DNA of 64,000 nucleotides from Rhizophagus irregularis (Eukaryota): NCBI RefSeq assembly GCF_026210795.1, contig NC_089430.1, positions 5,952,001 to 6,016,000 of the forward strand, read 5' to 3'. Shown piece by piece: positions 51,013 to 64,000 of this stretch (position 1 is its first letter; each line of letters starts with the position of its first letter). The notes under the pieces were generated by a model. It saw only the letters and a program-made list of their open reading frames with translations, ran no database searches and was not told where the DNA came from. The position numbers and the translations under genes were made by a program.

Positions 51013-51540
51013 CACTGGTCGAAATCAAAACTTTCGACCGTTAAGAGCTTTCGGCATAATTTTTGTTGATTGGTCATGTGATTCGTCACATTTTTTGACC
51101 AATGGCAAAAATCGGTAAAATCAATCACAAATCGACTGATACTGATTGTTAAATAAAAACTCGTTCAGTCTTTTGGTGAAAAATCGACTTATACCAATTG
51201 TTATACAAAAACTTGTTCCTTTAAGGTCATTCAGTAAATTTTGCCGATTGGTCACATAAATTGACACAATTTTGCCAAATAGTAAAAAACATTATTTTTT
51301 AATTCGAATTTTATACTTTATTTACATTGTTTATATTCAGTGCATAATCATTAACGAAAATTTTTATTGTAACATGAATTTCGACTTGTTTTTCGTCAAG
51401 TAATTATAATAAAAATACTACAAAAGAATCTTTTCGTAAAATGAAATTTTATCTAATAAACATGTCTCTCGTCAAGTAATTATAAAAATTAAAAAAATAA
51501 AAAAAATAATTCAGCCGATTTTTACCAAAACACTTAATTA

Positions 51541-53586
51541 TTAACGAATTTGGAGTTTGCAATTAATTGGATTAATCGCCAAATATTCAATAGCATTACT
51601 CTGAGTAGAAATTTGATATTTTGATAGTATAAATCGACAAAGGATACTATGTACAGGAATAAGGTTGCTGGAGAAACTAGAGGGTTTTGGCAAGTTGGCG
51701 AAATGCTGAAATAGCGAAACTTTACTGAAACTATATGAAAGTCATATTAAAAAGTTAGCGAAACTCTAGAGAAAAGCGAAACCTAACAAACTTATTATAA
51801 ATGCCAAAACTGCTGAAACCTTACCGAAACCATAATAAAACTATAGTAAAATCTTGGAGAAACTAATCGTAGAATTTTGGAGAGGTTTAGGCAGGCAACC
51901 TTATACAGGAATAATACAATCACGGCTTTCATCATAAAATTCAGATTTCCACAACTCGACGTTACAGCTCTCATCTTCATCATCAATATGAAAATAATAT
52001 TCGTACTAGCTGGTCGATACCAACAAATATATGCCAAATTATGTTCCATTTGTCCATTTGGCAAGTCGACTGTATGTTTGAAGAAGTATTGAATTTGTCC
52101 AGGATAACTGTCGACTTCTCCATCACTAGTTATAAATTTGGCTAGAACACACGAGCTTTTTGTATGTCGAACTGACATTGCGGAGCCAAATACTTTGGAA
52201 CTAATTTGGCATCTTCCAAATTGATTTATCTTTACTCGAATTGTTATAGAATCTTGGATAATTTCATCTGCTGGTTTGCGAAACTTGTACATTTCGATAT
52301 AAGAAGCATTATAAAAAGCAACCATCAGTTCGAGCATTGATTCAGTCATTATTGCTTCAGAACTAGGCTTCAGCATTTCTCCAGGAAACGGCTCGCATCC
52401 AGTAATAGTTAATTCCTGTATGTTTTTAGCATTTAGCAAAAACCGCTCTAGTTCATCTGAAGAAAATTGGTCCGCAGCCGATATTGAACCAGTTGTGGGT
52501 CAATCTTCAAGCAATTCTGAGCCTTTCGTTTGAATGTCAGAACTAATGATATCTTCAATTTGATTATCATTCATTATCTGACGCATTATTTCTGGTTCAA
52601 TTTGTCTATTACTTGTTGGCAACGAGCCTTAAAAATTATTAAAAATAAGACTAACAATGTAAACATCCGAATAAAGTAAAAAAAGTAAAAAAAAGAATAT
52701 CTTACCGAGTATTCCATTCATACGCTCAAATGAAAAATACCAAAATGCATACAATGGACCAAAATCATTCGAACAATCGCACAAATGAAGCGAAAGGTGA
52801 AGATTAGGCGTAATTTTTACTCTTCCATAGTGTACTTCAATAAGCTTAATTATTTTAATTAGCCTCTCATGAGCTTCTTCCATTAATTCAATTTCTAAAA
52901 TTCGGCTTACTAAAATAGAACAAACTCTAACGAAATGTGTCAAGATTTTTTGATCTTTTGACGGTAAATGTTCCCACAATGAGGTAGTTGCATAGATTAT
53001 AAAGAAAATTTGCCACTAATCAGCTGTATAGTTCGAAAACCCTTCTTCGCGCTCAATATTCCCAGGAATTCGTCCCAAATCAGCCGGTATTTTGAATTGA
53101 TTCATTTTTTCTTGAATCTTCTTTAGATCGTTTGGGTTAAAATACCCTCATCGATCCAATCCTCTTCATTATCCACCTTGCAATTCCTAAGAATAAGCAG
53201 TGCATTGGATCTACAATAATAAAACGAATTGAATCAAAGTACGGCAATCGAAGTAACTCTGACCACCTAACCCCTTTTTCACTAACGAAATTCTTTCTTG
53301 AATTGGTGGAATTGCAATTTCGCCATGCAAGAGCATTCTGACGATGTTCGGTCGAATCACGAGTAATGAACCAATTCTCCATATCCTCCATACCTGCAAA
53401 ATTATGTTGGTGGTCTTCATAATTTGCTCGTTTTATACACCGATGGCAAGAAACCAAAGCTGAAATATACCCGCATATTTTTTGAGCAGCAGGGATATCG
53501 CATGAAATTAGTACTAAAGCCGCACGAATATTTTTCCTGTTTTGGCACTCAAATGTTCAATTTAAAGTTATTTCACTCCATAGTAA
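51541..53586 (-). pseudogene. En/Spm (Tnp2-like) transposase, disrupted
   Basis: SCDIPAAQKICG..SCHRC; VDPMHCLFLG; ITPNLHLSLHL...FGPLYAFWYFSFERMNGILG. Confidence 0.85.
51660..51903. mobile_element. hAT-type MITE inside the En/Spm transposase
   Basis: TIR taaggttgc / gcaacctta; 8-bp TSD tacaggaa; removal restores CIIPVHSILCRF. Confidence 0.8.
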
Positions 53587-56500
53587 GGCCGCTCCAACAA
53601 ATAGTTTCGTTTAACATCACATGACATGAAAAAAATAGAGGGGGCGGGGGGGGTAAAATTTTGTACATATTAAATTTTAAACACATATATAAAGTCACGT
53701 TATTTTATTAGATGTAATGATTGTAACGTTAAGTTTGCGATATTGTATCACAATCGACCACTTGTATCAACACTTAATTTATATTATTAACATGTGAACA
53801 AATCGTATTTTCTTTTTCTTTTTTCTTTATTCGATAAACTTTTCTTTTTCTTTCGTGTAGTATCAGTAAATAAAACTGCAGAACTGACGATACTTTTTTT
53901 GGAAATTATATACATCAAATGTTGTATTTGTTTGTAACAGCCTATGAAAATGGCATATCTTTAGTAAAATCAGTAGTGGTTGGTATTAAAGAGTCCAGAA
54001 ATTTTGAAGATTTATTAAAAGAAGCACTTTCAAATGAACTTTTTTTAGAAGATAAGCTGGTAAAAGTTGATCTTCAATGTAATGATTCTTCAGCTTGACA
54101 TCCTATATTAAATGGTCTTACCGAAAATTTAGAAGCATGTTTTCAATTGAAGGCGCAGCATGTACGTTTTACAATATCTCATAGTATATTAATTCCCGAT
54201 GAGTTATCTAATGAAGGATCTTCAGCATTTAATTTCATGATGACACAACAACGCCTAAAAAAACTTCCACCACTTTACAACTCTCAATTTCGTAATGATT
54301 TGCTCTATAATGATTTTTTAAAAATTTTGCAAGAAAGGAAACTGGGATGGCTGAATGATAATCATTTAACTATTGGGCATTCTTTTATCCGCAGAGTTAC
54401 CAATTTAGTATGGTATTTGGATCCTCATCTTGGCAAATTGGAAAAACGTGGCTTGAAACTACCAAAAATTATAGCCAAACTTCCTGTATATGCTTCTGAA
54501 AGTCATTATAATCTCTATCATGATACTACGAAGCATAAAAAAATTGAAATATCACGAGAAAAACTTGAGTCATTTGTTAAAGCTTTAATTTATCTATTCA
54601 ACAACCTTGGACACGCCTATTACATTGGGAAGAAGTAATTAAAGATATTGATGATCTGATAAAAATAGCTCAAGAATATGCCAACTATCTTCAAGGGATT
54701 AATAATAGAATGTGTACTATACATACGAGTCGAGTTCCTGTAAGAAATGGGTGGGATGATATTACAGTTGAGGATATTGAAGCTGTTGACTTATATCCAT
54801 CTCAATATGAGTTTTTAGCACAGCTTCTTCGTGAATCCAATGATTATGATCTTCTAAATATAGATCATTTGCTTCCTCCCAAGCCACAAAATATATATCT
54901 CTTTTTTCAAAATATTTGTGCTGATGTATCCTTCACGCTATATCGTTATTATCATGGCAATTATCTCGGTACATTAAATTTTGTATGGAAAATTCCTTCT
55001 TTGGATAAATGTGACAAGACAAAAGAAGAAAAAATATTTCTGCAGCATATGACCAAATCCCAATCTATTGTACAAGACAAATGCGAAAAAATGTGATAAA
55101 TAAGGTTTTTTTCTTTTTTTTTTTTTGTTTATATTTCAGTTAAAATATTTCTTTTGAAAATATTGAAAATACTAAATATACACCAACCTTTTTATAGTAT
55201 TCTTTAATAGTTAAAGCATCACGCTCAATTCTGCAAGTACTTTATAAAGATTTAACAGGAGATGTATCAACATCAGATAATGAAATCAATAAGAAAACAC
55301 ATGAACGGATAAAATTGATGCTAGATACCCAAGATCCTGATATTATTATAGATCTTTGTAAGATTATTAATGAAAAAGGCACAAAATTTGATGTCTTTTG
55401 GAACGAAATGCAAGATTACTTTAATGAGGTAATGATTATTAATTTAAATACTATTTTTGTATTTATATCTTATATAATTTATATCAAGATCATCTCAAAT
55501 TTTAAAAAGGTTATGCCTGCAGTGCATGATCGACGATATACCTCAACTTTATATATGCCAATTGCCATCTCAGTTAAGGATCTGGTGCAAATCATAATTG
55601 AACGATTAGAAAATAAATATGGCACTATACCAAATGATATTGAAATACCTTCAACTGAATGGGTGCGATTACAATTTTGGCTAAAAACAGAATTTTCAGA
55701 AAATCGGTATACAGGCAGGTTTCAAATTCGATATATGATTCAAGCTCGTCAAATACGCAAGTCTCATATTAATTCACATTACTGTTCTGCACTTTGGAGA
55801 TATTTACGTGAATTTGCTATTAAATTTAAAGAGTATACAACATTAATTTGTGCTGATGACAAACATAAAGTTTCTATTTGAGAATCAGTTGCTACTTCAA
55901 CAGGAGTGAGAAATAAATCAGCATTAACTACTATAGATGGAATACTTAATTCTTGTGATCACGATTTTACAAAATTATCTTTGACCCCTTCGGCATCTTT
56001 ATTTGTTGACATTTCAAATAGTATATCAGATTCATTTTATCAGGGTCAAGTATATATAGCATATAAAGATACAATTTTCCAACCAAGTTCTGCTATACGA
56101 CATGCAATAGAATTCTATAATAATTATTCTATTCAATATCAAGATAATATTAACAAACCTAAAATTTTACTTTTATATACTAATGGTGGTCCAGATCACC
56201 GATGCACATATGGATCTGTTCAAATATCATTGATAGCCTTGTTTTTAAAAGGTAACTTTGATTTCTTAGCTGCTGTACGAACTGCTCCTTACCACAGTTG
56301 GGCCAATCCAGCTGAATGTATAATGTCAATATTAAGTCTTGCTTTGCAAGATGTTGCTTTGAAGCGAGAAGATATGAGTGGATTATCAGAACAAGCTGTT
56401 TAAAACTTTATCTGAAATCCGTGAAGAAGCTAATTCTAATTCACATTTAAAAGAAGAGCTTATTAAATCAATTAAAATTACTCAAGAATTCCTTGAAAAT

Positions 56501-57630
56501 CGTATTTCACGACTTTCTTTACATGATTTAAAATTCAAAATCACTTCTCCTGCCATAGAAACTGAAATTGATTCTTTATTTGAGGTATTTTTTATATTAA
56601 TATTTGCTTAAATTTATTTTTGTTAATCATTAATATTATAATAGTCTATATTAACAGCTGAAAGTCAGCTTACAATTAATGATACAACGCTAGTAGAATT
56701 AAGAAAATTTCATAAATTAAAGGAATTTATTGATACGCATTGTCAAATTAGACAATATTCATTTCAGGTATGTCAAATAGAGTAAAATGCACTTATATAT
56801 ATTCATTGTATTCGAAATTTATCACAAAACTCTAATTTCTGCAGATTAAGAAATGCAATAATAGTGAATGTACTATCTGTTTACCAGTTGAATTACCAAT
56901 TGAAGTATTTGATGAATTGCATTTTTTGCCTGATCCTGAACCATCTATTGGTAAGAATTATACAACCTTTTTGCATAAAGTGCTCAAATTTCTAATTATA
57001 TTTTTGGGCATTTTTATTTTAGCTGATTCTAATCATTATAAGGATTTTTCAAGTATATATGGGACTCAAACATCTGAAAACTTTCGTCCAAGTAAAGCAG
57101 AACAACTAGAAGCTGATAATTTACCCCAGGGCATTTTCAATAATAATCGTGTTCGCGAATTCGTTGAATGTGATTTTTGTGGAAAAATTCGATGCATTTA
57201 TAGTATGAGTGCTTTAAAAAAAGAGCAGATATCCACATTACAGCTCAAAATAAATGATAATGATTTTACTTGTGTAATTGAAGAATGGATGCCACCTTCA
57301 CATGAGCTGAAAGGTATTGTTTTTATTCATCAATCTCTTAGCTGTGATTCTCCAATTGAAAGTGGTTATTATTCAAATCGCCTAAAAAAACCTTCTATTT
57401 GTTATTATTGTGGTAAAAATAATTCATTGGTGAAGGCAACTAACGATTTACTTCATGGATATCAATCTGTATATCCACTTTGTTCTAATTGTCAACTTTC
57501 GGGTCATTCTTTTTATACTTGGGGTAAGAAAAAAGTTGGTGAATTAACAAGAAAAAGGAAAAGAGAATAATTTTTGTATTATATAATCTTTTAATAAATA
57601 ATTTGTTAAGTAAAATGATTGTTATTTTAT
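53587..57630 (+). mobile_element. Zator-like transposon (right end displaced)
   Basis: Starts taa|GGCCGCTCC exactly where the En/Spm ORF breaks; carries a Zator-type transposase. Confidence 0.7.
53919..57570 (+). pseudogene. Zator-like DDE transposase, spliced, with stops; C-terminal Cys-rich domain
   Basis: CADDKHKV, CDHDF..SLTPS, YTNGGPDHR, RTAPYHSWANPAECIMS; CDFCGKIRC...CYYC...CSNC. Confidence 0.72.
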
Positions 57631-60032
57631 CTAGGGGTTAGATAAATAAACGGGGGACCAACTCATAGGTTACACAGACTGATCAATAATAACCAGAACT
57701 GTCGCCACCATAAATTGGTTACACAATCGAAATCTACTATAAAATTGCGCAAATTTTTACTTTTTTTTAATTTTTTTCGACGCGCATTCATAGAAAAGCA
57801 GCCGATCTTAAAAACTAAGATTACTCAAGTTAGGTCTATATAGGAAAAGTGGTTTTATTTCAATTGAGTCACTATAGCTTTTGTAAATTGTTATTTTTTT
57901 CCTTGGAATAAGCTAATTTACTGTAGCAATTTACTTTAAGCACCGTTTTAATGTTATTTTTTATTTATATACCAAATATTTGGATAATAGACTTCATTAA
58001 CAACTATTCTATAATTTAAACTGTAAATATTTGACCCTTTGATATAGCTTCTTTGGAAAAAGAAGTACCCTTTTTCAGGTGTTCTAAAATTAAAGGTATT
58101 AAACTCTTTTTTCTTTTGTTATTTATATTATCTCCAAATGCCCAAAGTAACCATTGTAACTCACTCACTAGAAACAATTTTGAGAATAATCCTTCAGCAC
58201 TATCCAACTGTGCCCAGATTTGAAGTTGCACCAAACCAAGCATAGGATCTTTTGGTAAGTTGGACTTTTTTATTAAAGTAGGTATGTTATTTTCAGTATC
58301 ATTACGCATAGCTTTAAGATTTTCCCTAAGGCTTGAGGTTCCTTTTTCGGGGATGAGATCATTGAATTTTCGCCAGGATTTTTGTCTACTCTTCATATAA
58401 ATAATAATAATTCTTTCATAAAGAAATTCTCTAGCATCATCTTTTAACTCGTATTTTGTTATATTTATAGAGTCACACGTGGAAAGCATCTGAGTAGAGA
58501 TATTGATGAGTGTGTTAAAATTTTCTAACAATGGTAAGTTACATAATAAGCTATTGTGTATATATTGAAGAATATTGGGTCCAAATTCCGTATGCTTTTC
58601 AAATAATAATAACACTAATGATTCTATTTTATACATAAATTCTAAAAATTTCAGACCAGGAATCACATTTGTTGTTTGAGATCGAACATCCTGTTCATAA
58701 ACAACTTGTTCTGAATTTAGAGTCATAAGGTGAGTTTTAATTGCTTCAAATTCAGGACGCGATTTTGTTATATTGTCATTCTTTGTTAACTTATAAACAA
58801 TCCACCCAATGATGTAGGAAAATTTTGACGCCTCAGATGATTCCAAGACAATAATTTTTTCTGGTTTTAAATTATTATCTGCTGCTAAATGAGTTTGTGA
58901 GATATTTGATACTGTTTTTTCACTAAAGGTAATTTTAATAACCTCTTGTAAAAGCAAGTATGCAACGAGCCTTTTAGTTGAAGAATCATTTAAATTGGAC
59001 GCAATAAGAAAATCTTGATACCAGACTCCTGAGCATTTAAAATTATTTAGATAATTTTCAAGGTAAGAGCTCCAAGTAGCTAACCATTGAATTCCTGTTT
59101 TTTTAAGAATTGCTTTACAAGCGATATTTTTAATAATATCTTGCCACTTTTGTAGTAATTTATCAATAGAATCCTGATAAAGGATGGTTTCTATAAGTTG
59201 GTGGCGTTCACTCTGTAGGCGAAAAATTCTAATATTTTCCTGATCAACATTTTTATGGTATGGTCCTAATGGAAACTTGATTTTCCCCATAATTAAATCA
59301 TCTGTAAGAAGATTTTTAAACACATTGTGAGAAAGAGATGATATTTGTGCCAAACGAACCAAATGTTTTTGATAAATGTAATTATTTTCTTCATTATTTG
59401 TTGTTTTTTGTTTATCTTTTCGATAATCTTTAATTGTAAATAAAATATTTTAATTTATAAAGATGTAATAATAATATAATTTATAACATATGCATACCTT
59501 CTTACTAAAGTAGTAATACCAGTTCCAGTACTATCTGTTTTGCCATAATTAACACTCTTTATTTCTGACGAAACTAACATTGTAATTTGATATTTGTTTA
59601 AGGCATGTCCATAAGATTTAAGTGTTTGGGTGGAAGAGTCTCCACCAAGTTCTCGGATTATACCAAAAAGTCCCTCAAGCATATCTTGTGAAATCCTTTT
59701 TGCTTGAATCATTGCACTTGGATATTTATTTAAAATATATGTAAGCATTCCAATAAAACCATTGATAGATAAAACCAAATCAAATTGGCATTGTGATGAA
59801 ATCCACTCTTTAGATTCTGTCTTTTGTTTATCACCACATATAAACCAATCACGAATTTGTTTTAAAGTATTGATACGTGGATCTTCTAAAGATTGAAAAT
59901 TAATTTTACTATGCATTATTTCACGATACTTTCGTGAATATTTGATATAATCCTTAAAATAAATTATTATTATTAGTTTTTTTAAAGAAATTAATTATTA
60001 TAAATTAATAATTACTTACTCTTGTTCCTTCT
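57631..60032 (-). mobile_element. P-element-like transposon 1 (CTAGGGG end), interrupted at 60033
   Basis: Terminus ctaggggttagataaataaacggggg matches the 9152 element. Confidence 0.75.
58016..60032 (-). pseudogene. 3' part of a P/THAP9-like transposase with long C-terminal extension
   Basis: ISQDMLEGLFGIIRELGG (P-type catalytic-E region), SYIIGWIVYKL; introns ~59431-59497 and 59953-60018. Confidence 0.72.
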
Positions 60033-63000
60033 AGGACCCAGAAATATATATATAGGGGTAGGGTTTACCAATGCGTCGCCATCATAGTGGAGTTGGGCAG
60101 AGTAAGGTTTTGATTTGCGTATAATTTAGGATTTTTTTGTCCATAGTTAGGTCATCAGATTGCGTATTTTTTACCAAAATTTTTATATGTAAGAGATTTA
60201 GTTTGCATATTTTCGCCTATATTTGGCCGATCACATATATATATAGTATATCATGTACTTATTTGGCAAACCGCATTGTAATATTTACTTTAATTGAAAT
60301 GTAAATCAACTGATTGCGACAATCTTGTTCTTTTTCAAAAAGAAAAAAAATTTTTCAGATTTTTTTATTCTAGTTTGTACATGTAAATAGTATGACAAAT
60401 TGGAAATATAATTTTGAAAGACTTTCTAAACACAAATATGTTGCACATATTATACATCCCAAGAAAGTAATATGCATTTGTGGTAAAACAATAACACTCA
60501 ACCGAAAATGGGAAGAAGATTATCTTGACCGTCATGTTCGGCGTTCTGGATGTAAAGCTGATGAAGGACAAAGGACACTTTATAATTGGTTTAAACCAAA
60601 AAAAGAGCGACAAATTGAAGAAGCTAAAGATGTTGAAGAAGAAGAAGAATATGATTCTGACGTATATGATAATATGGATGATGATGATCTAATCCAAATT
60701 GATGAAATATTAAGCGAAGATCAAATGCAAGAATTATCAGCTATCGAAACTTTAAATATAAATGAAAAAAATACTAAAAAAAGATATTATTGTATTGGTC
60801 TCCGATCTGCAGAAATATCAAGATATATTCAGCGAACTCCTGCACAATTTGGTGGTTCTCGTCGTGTTGAGGTTATTGCACGTGAACTTTTTCCAAATTT
60901 ATTTTCACAGAAATTTAGTAGGAAAAAATTGAATGCAAAACAAAAAAGGCTATTGAATCGTACATTATTTGCAGAATCTATGTGGAAAATTGATCGAGCA
61001 AGTATGCATTATATTCTATTTGTCATAATTAATAATACATTATTATTAACAATCCTTTTAAATAAGGTAATGCTGTTCGTGCAAAAAGTTGTACTGGAAT
61101 TTCTGGAAAAGATAATGTGTGTGCTGAATGCTTTGCTATTCGATACAATCAAATTTTATGCAATAAAATTGTTCGTCCCTCACCATTACCTATTAATGTC
61201 AAGTTTACTCCAAAACACTATTGGGAAGATAATCCTCTAAAATATTTTCTCCAAAATCTTGATCTTCGTGATATGTGGAATGTACTTAATAATGAATCAG
61301 AAAATGTACCAGAAAACCCATGGATTGTTCTTGCTGATAAGGCATTAAAAGGTGCTTTTAAGGATACGCCGGTATTTACTGGTCTTTGTGAAGTAATGGG
61401 CAATGCAATTGAGAGAAAATGAAAAACAAAAGCAAAAGAAATTTGAAATATAGTGAAGAGTTTACAAGTTTTCTAGTCATATTAGGAGGATTTAGTACAA
61501 GGGCCTTGGATTTGTTTCGCCAAAATTTAGAAGGCAGAACGATTCAGTCAATCCGGTATATTAATTTTTAATTTTTTTTTTTAAACTCCAGTAAATAGCA
61601 AATTTATATATGGATACGTTAAGAAAATCATTTTATATGCATGTTGTTAATCTTACATAATTTTGATTTTAAATTTCATGTTTATAGACATTTGAGAAGG
61701 AATAGTGAAGACCATTTAACCAATCCAGATTTGTGTTTTGAAAATGTTGCTAGGTTTAAGCGGTTAATTGATTCAATTCAATATAATGGTCCAGTAGTAG
61801 TGATGACTGATAATACCAAGTTAAAATCTCGTCTTCGATATTCACCTACTTTTGGATGTATTATTGGATCCGTATTTCCTGTAGAAGAGACAAAAATTAA
61901 TGTGTATGCTGATATTCCCAATATAATTAGTAAAATTAAAAATGAAAAGGCTATTGCTAAAGATGTTCGTGCTTACATGTTACAGGTATTATTAAAATGT
62001 TTAAATTTTATTCTTTTAAATTTAACAAGAAAATTAATTTAATATTCTAATGGTAATAGATTCCTTTACCAAAATTTCCGCCTATCGCCGTCGCATTAAT
62101 ACCAAATAAAGGAAATGATAATTCAAAAACCATTAGTCAATTGCATAAGAAGCTTATTCAAGAAATTGCTTTTCAGCTTGAAATCCATATATTATCCATT
62201 GGTTCTGATGGTGCTATTACTGAATTTCAAGCACAACAATCAATAATAGATATTCAAACTTCCCAAAGACTTTTTATTCGTGAACCAACATTAAATATTA
62301 ATTTTTCCTGCCCCATTTTTGATAAGATTGGTCCAGTAGTTCGGGTTCAAGACCCAAAACACGCAAAAAAAACTGCAAGAAACGCGATAATATCTGGAGC
62401 TCGGCTTTTAACTTTTGGAATATCTTCAGTCCGATATGATCATCTTCTTACTTTAATTAAACAGCACGATTCAATTATGTACAAAAATGATGTAATCAAA
62501 TTAGATAAGCAAGACGATGCTGCTGCTTATCGAACTTTTTGTTCTGCAAATTTTAAGCAATGTCTTACACATGATTTTCAAGTAAAAGTAGGAATGGAAG
62601 GAACTATAATATATTTATTTATCATGGGTACGTAATATTAAACAAATTAAATTAAAATTGATAATTAATATTATTTAAATTAATTTTTATTTTAAATTAA
62701 TTAATTTTTTAACTTTTCATAATTAGGAGAAATTGTAGATTGCTATTTAAATCGTACTATTTCACCAATTGAAAGAGTACGTATGGCAATGACAGGTTAC
62801 TTTTTTCTTCATTTATGGCGCTTTCACATTACAACTCTACACCAAAAATATCCAGACTTTGTATCTATTAAACAAAATTTCCTGGCCGACCAAAGTTTTG
62901 CTATTTTTTCTTCTCTCTGTGAATCAATGGTATTACTTGTAAAAGCTCATCGAGACTATTATCCTCAAGTACCTTTTCTTCCTTGGTTGCATGGATCAGA

Positions 63001-64000
63001 GTCATGCGAGCATTTCTTTTTTGGTGTAGCAAGGCAGATAAATCCGGACTTTGATTTTGCTGAACTTATTCAAATGTTGCCTAAGATTTCACAATACACA
63101 AAAGCTCTACGGAATGGAAAGTTAAATTTTGATAAGGAAAGATCAGTACGTGAGGGTATATATATTTAACTATAATTAGTATTATAATTCTAATTATTAA
63201 TAATAATAACTGAAAAAAAAATTTTTAGGCTACCTTTTTGACTATACTTCTGAATTGGATAAGCTATCTTTAGAAAAACTTCGCTTATGGCCTAATGACA
63301 AGCAAATATCAGATACTATTCATCATTCATATCGTCTCGCTCAAGATCTTGCAGAATATGTTGGCATGATTCAACCATTTGATATCTCTGTTGATATTGA
63401 TACCCCACAGATCCTTATTGAATCACATGAAATTGATATTTCAAGTTCTGATGTTGACAAGCAATCCCATGATAATAATGATGATGAATACGATTTATCA
63501 ACTGCTATTGGTGAGGCTTCTTTAGAAATGAAACAAATTGCTGAAACTAGTGATGATAATGGGTGTGAATTCAATGATGATTTTACTGAAGGCCGTTCAC
63601 AGTTGGATGGAATTGCTAAGCCTCCTGAAAATTTGTATATTTTAAATGATGGGGATAGTGGTAAGCTTTATATTAACAATGAATATAAAAATTATATTTA
63701 TATTACATTTAATATTAATATTACCATATTTACTACAGTTGATTTATCATGTCGGTATTTATCCTTCAATAAATTGGATTTTGAATTCTTGTATAATCAG
63801 CGAAAATTCCATGAATCATATAGTTCAAGACCTCTTGAACGAAAATTTAAAATTGTTGGAGCAAATTCAAGAATAATAACAGAAGATCCAAATTCAATTC
63901 AACCAAATATGGCCAGTCATTTTGTTGCATATTTCACTAAAAATGAAAATCCAGAACAAAGATTCATAACTCAAAGGGAAAAACGATGGAAGGATAATCG
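60033..64000 (+). mobile_element. P-element-like transposon 2 (AGGACCC end), runs off the window
   Basis: Starts aggacccagaaatatatatatagg inside an exon of element 1. Confidence 0.72.
60392..64000 (+). pseudogene. Multi-intron P-like transposase with N-terminal C2HC-like zinc finger
   Basis: CICGK...RHV...C; MTDNTK, GSDGA, QDPKHAKKTARN (DxxH), DKQDD, SCEHFFFGVARQ; frameshift near 61420. Confidence 0.72.

Larger units (their letters stand above)
51013..53586 (-). mobile_element. CACTA/En-Spm transposon (one end plus 3' part of transposase)
   Basis: Terminus cactggtcgaaa; transposase runs up to the Zator junction. Confidence 0.8.

Overview
Very AT-rich eukaryotic DNA with short GT-AG introns. 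The gene families and transposons point to an arbuscular mycorrhizal fungus (Glomeromycotina, Rhizophagus-like); this is an inference. Two intact-looking host genes sit at the left: an intronless guanine deaminase and a spliced alkaline ceramidase that appears to use a 3-nt micro-exon. The 14-29 kb zone holds decayed conflict/effector-type genes (OTT_1508-like deaminase, several PD-(D/E)XK-like genes, a coiled-coil family gene) and a 4.6-kb intronless SecA-like ATPase fused to a degenerate OTU-like domain and a hydrophobic segment. From about 30.7 kb to the end, the window is deeply nested DNA transposons (MULE, solo LTR, Tc1, pogo, CACTA, hAT, Zator, P-like), many with TIRs and TSDs resolvable to the base. 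The most unusual signal is tandem arrays of mini-exon/intron units inside or beside CACTA-type elements, where the 5' splice site and/or branch point sit inside local palindromes. One array also carries a ~1-kb nested palindrome within an intron.
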